The notes under the pieces are model-generated. The model was given only the letters and a program-made list of their open reading frames with translations, was not told the origin of the DNA and searched no databases. The translations under genes and the position numbers were made by a program. A stretch of 64,000 nucleotides of DNA, taken from positions 11,160,001 to 11,224,000 of the forward strand of contig OZ004610.1 in assembly GCA_963924565.1 (NCBI GenBank), in the 5' to 3' direction. This stretch comes from Ascidiella aspersa. Lineage: Eukaryota. The number at the start of each line of letters is the position of its first letter. Position 1 is the stretch's first letter. Of the stretch, positions 1 to 23,432 are shown one piece after another.

Positions 1-1423
1 ACTGAGTCACAATTTCTAAATTGTTTCTTTTGCGGAAGACACAAAGCGTACGACGCCGCCACGATTAAAATCCGTGATATACGTGCCATGTCTGCGATTT
101 TGATGACTTTTTAAGATGGCTGAAGGAGATAAACAACAAATATTTACGGGACTTGTTGATCGCACATATTATAACGCTACAAAGAAAAGATGGTGGTTTT
201 TTATAGTTGGCGGCAAAACACAACTACGGTGAAAGAATGCCGATTTGGTAACTGTTAGTTACCAGTTCGTGTCAACTTATCATTTCCGTCAACTATGGTT
301 GAAATCGTATATCATCGCTTTATTGACCGAACAAAACAGCAAATCATTTCTTGAATGTTGTGTTTGAAAATTGTCGTAACGGAAAACACTTTATACATTT
401 CGCAGCGAAAATAATTCAAAGCTGTGTAGATTTCATCTTGACGCTCAAATAAGGCGTCGTCAAATAACAAGCTTGTTGCGACACCACGTCGGAATCACAG
501 CGCGATAGCCATCTCGTCAATTAGCGTTTCCCCGTTCAAGGCCTCACAAAAAACAAGCGAAAGAAAATCAAGAAACCGAATTACAAGAAGGCAGCAGTAA
601 TCCCGACCATAATTTCTAAAACCTCTTGAATAAATCTCGCTCGTCGAGAGTGAACCGACTTAACCCAAATGCGACGTCTATTTTAAGACTATTCTGTCGA
701 ACTTCAATCGTTCGCCTGCAGGGTATAAGGGCAAAGAACTTCACTTCAGCTTTTGTTCTGACAGCAAAGTCGTTGAAGTTCATAGCCCAAGAGGTTATAT
801 ATAAACTCGTTAGTTAGTTAGTTAAACGTTACAGGCACGCACACATATATCTTTAATGTTTAAGGTGTTATTCAAAACTTAAATATTTGTCACAGTTCAG
901 TCTCACACGACAAGTATAGAACAGGTGTACAAAAAATGTACGGTGTCCATTTTGTTTAATGCGTTAGATAGGACATGCGAACACGTGGGTTGGGTTAACT
1001 CATATTGATATTCAAAAACGTTTAAACCGGCATCAACTCGCATAATATGTATAGCTGATAAGTATTTAAAAACAAACACAAATATATAAGTATTAGTTAA
1101 AATTTAAAAAAAATGACGCGTCTTGAATTTCTTTTCCACGTCTATAATATAGTAAGACATATAACGTAACCGGGGTTTGGATGACTGCCGACATTCTTGT
1201 GTTAATCTTAGAGATAATTTAGGCATAACTCTGATATTATAATGCCAATTAAGATGTAAATAGACTGAGTTGTTTTGTTATAGCGACGTAAATCCCTCAG
1301 GTTAGCAATATTAAAACACAGGCAATATAGGAATCAAGAGTTGTGGAACTTAAAGAAGAAAAAAAGGTGAACGCATACGTTTAAAGTTGTTCTATACAGG
1401 ATGAGGTCGACATCGATGTAATC

Positions 1424-1696
1424 TAGAAATGTCTGAAACGTACCATTTTTATTCGATACCAATAATCGATATTGTGAACAAAAATACCGGTATAGATCCC
1501 TCTATAGTTGTTAAACTTATATTTGTTGATGAATTTACCTTTAAATCTGGAAAACCTATCTTTAGCTATAGCATACCATGGCTATAATTCGCTATCGGAT
1601 TGGCACCGACAAATTCCTAGCATTAGACCAATACCGTTACAGGTACTTATACCGCTATAGGCATCGGGCTCCAACCGATATGATCGGACATTATGT
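1424..1696. mobile_element. Degenerate non-autonomous DNA transposon with (CG)ATAC(CG)-type subterminal repeats
   Basis: Clustered CGATAC/ATACCG/CGGTAT/ATCGG motifs lie between imperfect ends tagaaatgtctga and atcggacattatg. No clear TSD. Confidence 0.3.
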
Positions 1697-1880
1697 CAGG
1701 TCAGGACTGAAAGCGCCACAATGTAGCAGATGTCGAGCTCTTGAATCACAGCGCAGGGTAACTTAAAGGCTTTGCCAAATTTAAAAAAAATGTTAATTCG
1801 ATGAACGCTTGAAACTTTTCGAAAGAACCCAGTGTGCTGTGCGATTTATTTTATTACCTCAAACTTATGAGTAAGTGCAA

Positions 1881-2066
1881 TCAGCTTCTCAACTTACCGA
1901 CGCCGTCCTCAATGTTGATGCTTGACTGCAGGAAAAGAAAAGCGCAGTAAGCGGAAAACGTGAGAAAGATTCCGGAGGCGAAGACGATGAAGCCCACCAC
2001 GGTTGTGCGCTTCTGTGCCTTGGTCTTCTCATCCAAGGCGTAGCGATCCTGCCTGTCGTAGTCCAT
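1881..2066 (-). CDS. Candidate 61-aa single-pass membrane microprotein
   Basis: The ATG-to-TGA ORF MDYDRQDRYALDEKTKAQKR-TTVVGFIVFASGIFLTFSAYCAFLFL-QSSINIEDGVGKLRS has a charged N-terminus and one ~23-aa hydrophobic stretch. Its codons are GC3-rich against AT-rich flanks, and a TAG acceptor-like site lies ~25 nt upstream. No homology recognised. Confidence 0.4.
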   Translation of the reverse strand: MDYDRQDRYALDEKTKAQKRTTVVGFIVFASGIFLTFSAYCAFLFLQSSINIEDGVGKLRS

Positions 2067-2531
2067 GTCCGGTTATGTGCAATGGCTTACTATAGGCCGT
2101 TAGATGTTTTCGTTCGATGTGACTTGATGCTTGTACCGAGCGCTGTCGCTCTAAAGACGCATGAAACTAAATGTACCAATTTTATAAGAGGTTGTTAATT
2201 TTAGCAGTTCAACACCTGGTGAAATAATAAATCATATTGAATTTCGAATTTTTTGTCAAATGAGGTGTTTATTTTTGTATGTGACGTCGATTAATACCAA
2301 AGCGTGGGTGGAATCTTTTATTCTTCTATTCGTTTTGGGTAAACCGATAAAACTGGCGAATAACGGGTTATAATAGTTGCGTAAATTATTTTACAATTAT
2401 TACTTCTTTTGTGATTCGAATCACCTGCTTTCAGCTTACTAAGGGTCTTGATCGAAGTGGAAATATCGCAACGAGACGCCAATCTTCGGTCACTTTTAGG
2501 AATTCAATTTTCACGTTTTAAACCTATAAGT

Positions 2532-3049
2532 CAGTGGTTCTCAACCTTTTTGTACCCGTGGCCCCTTTTTGATGCTTTCAAATGGTCGCGGACCCCCACA
2601 TTTTTCTGGTGGAATATCTGCGTTTATAATTCTTTTTAATAATTCAGTAGTGTACCTTATGTTGAATAGATTAACAGACAACACCAAATTACTTTATAAC
2701 ACGTTTATTTTAATGTGATTTCTGCTGCTGCATCTCCAAGGCAGTCTTTAAATGCGTGGTTGTGTTTTCGATAATGCTAGAATAGATAATCACATGTCAT
2801 CTTTCCCAAATCCAGTACATGGAAACTGTAATAATCCTGCCTTTCATTTAACAATCTATTTGTGTTACATTACAATGGAAGTGTTACGTCACACTCAATA
2901 CGATTTGTTACGTCACAATGCAATTTACAACACTTTACAGTGTGATTTTATCACTTACCAAAATTGTGATTTAGCATGTTTCCCAGCGTTAATTATTTTA
3001 CTAAAGGTATATTTAGGAGTTTTTGCGGACCCCCGGTTGAGAACCACTG
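2532..3049. mobile_element. hAT (Charlie-like) MITE
   Basis: Perfect 15-bp TIR CAGTGGTTCTCAACC / GGTTGAGAACCACTG. 8-bp TSD ctataagt / ctgtaagt (7/8). Confidence 0.85.
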
Positions 3050-5765
3050 CTGTAAGTGTTTTGCATCTATGTTGGCCATAAGGCTTTTGTTGAAATGACT
3101 TTTGGAATAATAAATACTGGAATACTAGCGCAATTATGAAGCGAACATATGAGACGCGAAATTCGTCACGCAAAAGGTAAAACTGTTTTATTGTTGTATC
3201 GCAGAAGGTGAACCCAGTGACTTTGCATAAACGAGATAAAAACATTATTTACTTCGCTTTCCATTGGTCATGATTGACAATCGGAATTAATATGGACTTA
3301 ACATTGTAATATAGCGAAAAGACGTGTCACATCGCTTTATTGTAAATATTTTATAGCGACAAACACATGTTTGATGTCGTATTCATTTATTCACCGAATT
3401 GCTTTTACGTAACCCCTGTCTTCTTTGTCAAAGATAAGCGAGAGATAGTTGCGTAACATGTTGGCAAACGCACAAGCCATTATGGTTATATAATCACAAA
3501 AAAAATTGAGGTTACATAACCGAAATAAGAAAAAGATAACACTATTCGTCTTTTGACGATGCAAAAAAGTCGGGCTTGTTTGTTATGATTAGATAATTAA
3601 AAGATTCGAAATTCCGAGAATACTTCGTGATGGTTGATCAAGGTAAGCCTGTACAGTTTTGTAGCTCCTATAGCCACCGCCGATTTAACGAAATATGAGT
3701 CGTTGTGCTAAAATTAGGTTTTTAGCAATTGTTTGTATTTACAGACGATGTTTCTTTATTTATGCTATTTTACGAATCAAAGCGTGTTTAAAAGTTTTAA
3801 CTGTTGCCATGACACTAAAAGACAAGAGGAAGACACAAAAACTCAAAACAGAAGTAAATTCTCGAGTAACTAAATGTTATAATGTTGTTGTTTTTGAGTA
3901 GAGCGAAATTTTAGTCTGTGGTGAATCAATCCTATTGCAATCTTTTGACATTTACAAATGATGCCTTCGTTTGAACGCCATTTTCTGCATAACAATTCTA
4001 AACAACGCAAAAATCTGTGATTACCAAATGTTGAAGTCGATTCATTGAATTTACACCGAAAGAACAATATCTTTGTTCGATTTTAACTATTGGGGAAAGA
4101 TACACTTTCCATTTTTGCGTCAATAGCGTCTTGGGCGAGAAAGCAAGAACAATTTCGGTGACTATCAACATAGTTTTCCGCGGTAGGAAGTTTATTTTGT
4201 TACTTTTTCTTTTTACAGAAATTATGGTATATTGCTAAGCACCATTTTTTTTTTCACATAATAGCATTTATGATCTTATTATTAAAAACTGGTAGTTCGC
4301 TTTAGTAGTATATTAAAGTAATAAACTAGATATTTAAACTATAATGCTGTTTACCTTGAGACATTGTTTTTTAGTTGAATCTGCATTATATTTGTGATCT
4401 CATATTTTTTTCAATTTATTTTGCCCGTTTGTTTTACGACACTTACTTTGTCAAACACAAGTTCCAATAGGTGGTATAACATACTTAAACATATTTACCA
4501 AGGTAAGCAAGCAAGAAAAACAGGGGGAACTTTCGTTTCCAGCGTGTTGTAAAGAGGTTAAATGGCCGACAACGACAGTTGTGTGCCAGAAACCTTGTGA
4601 AGCAAACAACATAAGTTGCTATGCAAGTCAAATAATCGCTGCTTTGTTCAACAGTGAAAAGCACAACACAAGAAATCTCCTGCGTCCGATTATTTAAAGC
4701 AAATGTACGACAAAAAAAATCAGCTCTTTGAGACTTTTCAGGAACTTACAAGCAAATCTCGCAGCGCGATATTCTAAAACAAGACTCATGACCTTGTGGC
4801 AAAACGAAGCGACTGCCTGCTCCGTATTTTCGGCCTTAATTACGCCGTACTGTTGCTGTGACGCCAGTAAAACATCAACAAAGCGCGCCAGAGGTGTTTA
4901 GCGATGCTGCTTGCGGCTTTCGGCGAAGAAATCTAACATAGTGGCCTTGCTATGCACTCAGGTCGGTTAGCTGGGCGCCATGATAGGTCAGTGTAAAACC
5001 ACGTAGCATATGTCCACCTTTGCTTGCCTGGTCGGCTGTTTAAGTTTACGTTAAAGGGCGATGGCCGCACCTATGACGCAATGTATTTTTCTTGTAAAAA
5101 GGATACGGACCCACGTTCAAATATGATGATTTTTAATATTATTACAGAGGTGGCGATCAGAGCTATATACCAACTATCTTTTCGACTTTAAATAATGTCT
5201 AAAAACAAAGTTTAATTCCATGTTGCCTGAGTGTATGTACATGCCTAATTTAAATCAGGTGTCAAAAAGTGTTTTAAAATGTCAAACAATTTTTTTCATT
5301 AATTTACACATTTATAAAAATGATATTTATGAATCAAAAAAACAAAAAAAAACACAGTAAAACTTGAGGATATTTTTAATTGTAAAATATTTTGTTTGTT
5401 GGGGAAATAAGCCCAATACACCCTACACTTGCAACCCGAGCGAATATCGGCAGTTTGCATATTTCGTCCGAGTTAAGTAAAGTAAGTTGACAAAAATACA
5501 AACGATTAGTTAAAACAATAGTGCTATTCAAATCTTGAGTATTAAAAATCTTAAACTTTCTAAAATCTGAAAAAATACTTTGTTATGTTCATTGTATTAA
5601 ACTGTTCTTCGTAAAAATGATCTTGCTTTGCAAATAGTCTGAGCTGTGGCGCTATAGGAAAGTACTGAACGAGTTAATGAATTGTATACCAGCCGCTGCA
5701 CATCCTAGATCAGGTATCTATAAAACACCTCCAACAATAATGCTCATCTATAGGACTTTTTCCAT

Positions 5766-6430
5766 CTAGATAGATAGATAGATAGATATGTGATTTATTT
5801 GGAACATCAAAAACAAAAAAATGAAAGTGGTCGAAATCAAAACGTTTAGCAATATTTGACATTCCCAGGAGTCAGCGAAAGACCGTAAGGTTCTAGAAAA
5901 TAAACTAACTCATAATTACTTGGATGTAAATCAGTTCACGGCACTCGAAATAGAAAACCGCTCAACTGCACTTGACATTGGCGAAAATGCGGACCTGTTA
6001 ACACGGATGACCATCAGCTGGACTGCCCTGCCCGAACGCCATCGCATACCTGCGGTAACGCACGTACGCTTTGCTCACGACATCGGAGGACGCGCAAAGA
6101 AAACAAACCGCCCGAAATCTGGAGCTGCATCGCTAACTGGCAATTTCCTTTATTGCTCCAGTCCGAAGACTGGCAATAAGCAAGGGCAGCGCAACACTTT
6201 TATCTGGCGGCAGCCCTCGATAGGTAACTGCAGGTCGTTCTGGTAAATTGCTGGCGACTTTCGCCATCCCATATAGCCTACAGGTAAAACTGGATGTTAT
6301 CTACGGGCCACTCAGGCAGTTGAGCCACATATGACGACAAACATTCGTAAGCAATTTATATAAATCACGCCTGGAATTGCTCAAATGACGTCCCGACTGA
6401 CGCGAATTTTTTGGCCTGCCGTTTGTTCTC
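5766..6430 (-). mobile_element. Possible 3' remnant of a non-LTR retrotransposon with a (TCTA)n tail
   Basis: A (TAGA)n microsatellite at ~5767-5788 is followed by tttattt, which reads AAATAAA on the - strand. A GC-richer, coding-like but stop-interrupted stretch follows. No domain recognised. Confidence 0.3.
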
Positions 6431-9400
6431 TGCGCAACATACAGACACTTAGAGCATCCCACTACCTTTTAACTCCTAGAAAGATTTTAACTTAAACACT
6501 TCCCTCGGTTAAGACGTTTCCTGAGACACTGAAATGTGAGAGAAAAACTACTGATTTAAGTCAGATTATTCTTTTGAATTTAAGTCAGATTTAAGTCCAA
6601 TTATTCTTTTGAAAAAAATAAAGATAAAAGTACGTAACAATAAAAAATAATAACAAAGTTAACATAAAATTGGTAACATAAGAAAATTTTAAGAGTTGGT
6701 AGAAAAATCCAATTAACAAATTTTGCTTGAGAACATGTTATTCTGTTAGTTGCTCCCTCAGTTAAACATGTTTGTTTATAAGCGTTCAGTAGGCTACCGT
6801 ATTTTTTTCGATGGAATACAATTTTACGACAATTAGAGAGAGTACATTTAAAACACCTCAAGCTAAACTTTTAGCGAACATCTTGCGAAATATATTTGCT
6901 TCGAATACAAAAATAAGCATCCCAATAACAGCAAATATTGCGCCGACTTTTCCTCTCTGCGTGCCTCCGACATCAACCAAGAGTGACGGCGACAAAAATA
7001 GCAATTTGTGTGCGAAGAGTGCGCAACACCAAATAACCGTCTAACCCTGCAAATTTCGAGCTGCCTCGAATAGCCTCCATGTAACGAATCTACGCTTTAC
7101 CTAAAATATCGAAATAAACAAAATTCCGGTACGAGCGCTACGGTACTACAGAAGCTCGAGAAATGTTCGTGCAGAAATTATTCGGATTTGCCCGACTGCT
7201 GGTGACCGGCCGTTGTTTTTCCTTCGTGCTCGACTTTTTCGCCCAGGGGCCTTCGACATTTTCGCGATAAGTTAGAGCGACAAAAGTTCCCGCAGATATG
7301 TACCGTCGATAAGGCGTGCGGAGCCCAATACATGGCCGAGGCCACTTGAAAACGACATAAACATGAAAAGAGAAAAACATATTGCGATATTTTGCCCGAC
7401 GGATGATATTCTTGCGGAGTGTTTTTGAAACGTTTTGTGGGACCGACACAGTCTCACGGTCTCGAAAATAAAGCCTTTACTTTTGTAATTACATTAGAGA
7501 ATATAGTACTTATATGAACAGTTGCGTCGCTTAGAGTTTCTTATTGTTCACCAAAGCCAAACCTTTGTCTTGCAATAACTCGGTACTTTTAATGATTTGC
7601 GATATTCTTGGCATTGGAAGCACGTGTAATATGTTAACTTATACAATTCGAGCTTCCCATGGCTGAATCGTATCAATCGCAAAAGCCGCGATTCCGCCTT
7701 TCTGCCTCAAAATGTTTTGCACTATATTCTAGTGATCTTGTGAATCAAACGGGATTTTTAACTGGTTGGGCTGAACGGCTCTCTTATCTCTGCAATTTGT
7801 ACGCGACAATAAATAGAAATTTGTTACAACTTCCGCGGTTGTGTTTTCTGGCCGAACTGCACGGCCAGTCTTAAGATACAGCTAATTAAGAGCATTTCAT
7901 TTTATATGCCACCCCACACCTTAAACAAAAATTGTTCTCGCGTACTGAAGAGGCACGGACATAAACAATATTAAAGTCCAAAAGGTCAGGCAGGTTGTTA
8001 CTACAATTAAGGACGGATGAGAGGATTAAATAAAAAAATAGCTTGAAACTAATATTGGAATATGTATAGCAAAGTTGTTATGTGAAGCACATTCTACATT
8101 TGTTCTAGAATCTAGATGAAAAGTGTAAACAATGTTTTTTATGAACAGGGAAAATTTTACACGACCACGACGTTTCAAAAAGCCTTGAGAGCGTGCCGTT
8201 AATATCGCTATGACCGGATTAACCGCCAGCCAGTGTTGTACTCCTGAACGAATTTGGCGTGTTGAGAAACGCGTTTCAATTTGCAGTTTTTGGGAAAATT
8301 TCCAGGAAATCGCACCACAAAAAGCTCCTGGAAAGAGGTAATTCCGATAAGGCTGCAGAAACGACCTGCTGTCGGTTTAAGGTCAAGAAAAGGTGTTTCC
8401 GTAACAAGCTGTTTGTCAAATATTTTACATAGAATCTAATCGGTTACCTTTTTACTTATCTGTAAACCAAATAAGCCTACCTTTTTATTCCGCAGTGACA
8501 GCTATAGTGGTGTGATTAAATTATTGTTGTTTTGAAATTCGGTTTACACCTCTGATCTATAACACTCGTTCGCATATCCTGGCATATCTAAATGAGGTTG
8601 CTTACTTAAAAAGTATAGTTTCATTGTTTTTCTAAAATACGTACGCTTTTAGCAATGAAAATAATTTTCGAATCATTACCAAAGTCACGCCTGTTATATC
8701 ATTTTCTCCAGCTGTAGTACAATAAAATTATAGTTGTCAAATAAAGCACAGGACTCATGCCTGGCCTTCCGATGTAACTCGCCTTTCGCACCTGTCACAA
8801 CATTGAAACAATCTCAATATCAAAAGCGCATGCAATTATAACCACAAATATTAACACATTTTCGTTTAAATTTCGTTACACTACTTGCGTTTACATCCAT
8901 AGGTTGAAATCACCAGGGTCACTAAATCGTTGTCACACTTAGCTTTAAAATATACTGGTTTACTGTTTTAGTAGGTTATGTTTACTAAAATCTGCATGAT
9001 TTATCTATAGTCGCTGATTTTTCACGTTTTATAATTATTATGTTACATTTGAATGCTTTTTTGTTCGTGCTATACTTTTTACTTACTAGCATGTAAAAGA
9101 GTTCTCCCAAAATATTTTAATCTGCAGACATTTCGGTTGGGCTAATCATGGAAACTGCGCGTATTCCCAAGTCTGCGCAGGTTTCATTTGGCGTATATTT
9201 ATTCCAATTATTCGAATGCTACAGGCTAGATGAGCTTGGTTGCATCGGCAATTTACTAGTTACTAGAAAAATAAAGAGCAAAATGTACACCAAAACTATA
9301 ACTGATTGACAGTTCACGGAATAATAAAGTATTGTTTCCAATATTGAATAAGTCGAAATTTTACTAAAGAAAAATAATTGACTGACCAGTTGGTAATGGC

Positions 9401-11406
9401 CTAAGCCCTAAATTGATATCTTAAATAATCCCAGCCAAGATATTTTTGTTGGCCAGAAAAGTACTAAATAGTCGTACAATCAGCCATACACCCTTTCACG
9501 ATAAATCATACTGCAAAAAAATGTTAGCAATAAGATATGTTATTTAACACAATGCTCATTGCGTGTTAACCTAAAGCGGCATCGGGGCGTTACACGATTA
9601 AGGTAACAAACAACTAAAAAAAATTCTCCTAATAGCAACTGTGAGAAAATAAACACAAAACAATCATTTAATTGGGAAAGCATGTTTTTTTTCTATTACC
9701 GCCCTTAGCAGATGAAAAATTGACACATTACATTGCCCTTTTTTACAACCTAACAGATTATATTCATAGGAATGACTCGTAATAAATATGTTGGCCGCTG
9801 TATAACGCAATGGGTAATATGTTGGACGCTGTATAATGCAAAGGCTTAGGCACCGAAGTTTGATAGGGATTTTAAAAGGCTACTTTTCCAAAGAACAACC
9901 CGTGAAACCGTATGACAAAAACGCTTTAATTTGTTCTGCTGGTTCGTGGCATTGCAGCAAGGGAAGTTTCAATGGTTTAATGGCATAATTTTATATATAC
10001 AGCAAAAATCAAACCTCAAAATCACGTTTTGTCTAAATAAAATGATCAGTAATATGCCAATATGATCGCAATAGTTTAAGTCACATTTTAAAAGCGACGC
10101 TCAAAACAAAAAAATGGAATATTTTAAAAAACAAGGTACATGCACAACACGTCAAACAGTTGACTAAAATCTTTAAAATTTTTCAGGGCAAAGAAGTCAG
10201 GATAGAACTTAAGGCACAAAACTAGTTCGAAATATAGCTGCCTCATAAAAGAAAAGTAAAATGCGCTTTTATCCACCTGGCACAATAACGCATTCTAAAA
10301 ATATTACGCCAAAACTATACTATATACAAACAAAGCAACATTAAAGAGTTTGCATAAGGATAGGCACGGAAAGAGTTCGAATAAAAGGCACTGAAACTTT
10401 GCGTGAAATAAGCGAGTAAAAGAAATAGGATTTAAAAGCGGTACCAATATAGAATATAAAAGCGCCAACGCATGCAGTAAAGCGAACTGCATCGGAAAAC
10501 CAATTGCTTAAAAAGTAAAAAGAGAGTAAGAATGGGGTACCTGTAACTTGTCGAAAATCAATAATCCAATTTCGCAGATAAAACAACATTGTAAAAATAC
10601 GTGAAAATTGATACCTATTCAATGAATAATATAAGAAACCTTGCAAGTAATTGAGTAATAAAACAAAAGCGCGCGAAATATGAAAAGCGTATCGTAAGAA
10701 GACAGTGGACAAGAAATAAAATATAACTGCGTTACCGCAAAACAACACTTGATTTAAACTTGGAAATATGCTAATAATCTTTTTTTGCGATTCAACTGAT
10801 TAAAACGTAGAATTATTATATTTAGATATGAACAACATCAATGAGCAAATTAAATTCGGTATTTATGCCGTGCTATACAAAATAAGGCAAAATATCTCGC
10901 AAAGCTAATATAATAGATACATGACTTATGCAGCAAAAGCACCAAAAGCAAAAAGATAAAGAACCAAAAAAACCTGCGGAGTACCAGCGCGATTTCCTGT
11001 ATGGAAATAAAAAGTGCGTAGAGCGCGATCGTCGATTTGTAACGACGATTGACATGGACATGCGAGCAACAAAAAAAATATATTTTTTCAACAATGCAAT
11101 AATTAACTGATAAGTTGCTACTAAATGGGCAAATTTTTCTTTATGGCTTAACTTTTTGTACTATGGACATAACTTAGAACATGATTACTGCGCAACCTAA
11201 AAGATCGATCAAAAGAAAGCCAGGCCAATGCGGAATGCAAGGCTGAGTTTTTTATCTATCACTGTCCAAAACTTTTCACAAGAAAAAGTCGAAGAATTTT
11301 TACTCATTGTTAAAAACAAAAGGGGAAACGCTGCCTCGGGAAATTTCGACCCAAGTCTTTAACCCGCCGATTCAACTCGGCAATAAATCAAAAGATGATT
11401 TTTTTC

Positions 11407-22005
<10,599 letters not shown>

Positions 22006-22188
22006 TTTTTACAGCCTAGAGTGTTTTAATTGGTACAATGCAGAAGAGCAAACATGGCTCATCTATTCTGCCACTGTCACCCTATAGTAAATGGCAATAT
22101 AACAGTGAGAACTTAAATAAAAAATATCATAAGAATTTAAACAACCTCAAAAACAAAGGTAAATTATTGAAAAAGTAGAGGAGAAATG

Positions 22189-22390
22189 GGCGCTGGTCTA
22201 GAATCCTACCACAACAAACATTATTTGGGTAAGTGCGCGGGTTAGCGTTTGGGTTAGGGTGGGTCAAGTATTAGTATTTAATAAAGAATATTATAATACT
22301 TCACCCACCCACACCCAAACGCTAACTCGCACCCTAACTCAAATTTTGTGTCTTGATTTCATAACTGTGGTAGGATTCTAGACCAGCGCC
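22189..22390. mobile_element. Merlin-like MITE, copy 1 (GG termini, 8-bp TSD, telomere-like internal arms)
   Basis: TIR GGCGCTGGTCTAGAATCCTACCACA / TGTGGTAGGATTCTAGACCAGCGCC; TSD gagaaatg / gagaattg; internal gggttagggt / accctaac arms. Confidence 0.8.
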
Positions 22391-22611
22391 GAGAATTGTG
22401 TACAAACAACAAAGAAATAGGGATTAAATGTTTGATTAAGTTTAGCAACTTGATTTAAAGTTTAGTAACTTTACAATACGTATAAAGCACATCATTTTAC
22501 GTTGGAATTTCGATTTGTTTTGGTAAAGGCTTAAAGCATGTTAAATCTGAAGATATTTAACTTGTATTATCCAGTCTACTAGAATAGAAATTGAATTTCT
22601 AACTTCTCTAG

Positions 22612-22857
22612 CATAGGCGTAGCTCTAAGCCAGGTCACGGAGGGGCCATGGCTCTCCAAAATTTTATATTGTACTCGTAAAGTAAATAATTTACCCATGT
22701 GAGGGAGCGGCTTCCGTGTCAAGTAATTTAATTATTATAGTTGGCTATCAGCATATGCTATCTTTTTATGTATCCATAGGCGGTGTACCAACCTAAATAC
22801 TATTGCTAGTTTGTTAAATAATGTTTTTCCAAAGCTTTGCAACTGGCTACGCCACTG
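22612..22857. mobile_element. Degenerate GGCGTAGC-type MITE
   Basis: Imperfect TIRs cataggcgtagct ... ggctacgccactg, with a ggggccatggct internal motif. Confidence 0.4.
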
Positions 22858-23432
22858 TTATTTATCCGATCATATCTGTTTAACGGCGACAAAATATACC
22901 ATGGATATTAGATATAAGTGCTTAACGCAATGTAAACTTAAAAATGATATGTCATTGGTGTTAATAAGAATACATTTCTTGGCAAATTAAAAAAACAATA
23001 AAACGCATATGGTTTTTAAGAAATTAGATTAAAAATCCGAGTAAAGTGAACACTAAACTACTTGGAAATAAAACATTCTGCTGAGCGACCAATGTATCAT
23101 TGGAGCAACTGTCATGAGATAAAAATTCTTCTAAAAATAGAACCTATGAAAATTTTTAGTGAGCTCCCGCTAAAGTAAAGTATGTGGTAAATCTATGCTA
23201 GTGCTTCACTGCAAATTGTTATAAATTAACATTTAGAATCTAAGAAACTATATAAATTTAACAATGAAAGTTTGGTAGAAGTTTAAGATCTAAACGACTT
23301 TCATTCCGCTCATGCAGTTTAAACAAACGCTTCGCACGCTAAATCGAGACTCGCTTTGCTGGTTTGCGAAAGGCTAAATAGAAATATACCACACTAAATT
23401 TCGCTTTTACTTATTTTAAAAACGATTTTGCC

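Noticed and set aside
2448-11110. Numerous 60-135-aa ORFs between 2.4 and 11.1 kb
   Set aside because: Most have non-ATG starts and AT-biased composition, with no consistent splice chains or motifs. Several fall inside MITEs or the probable kinase 3' UTR.
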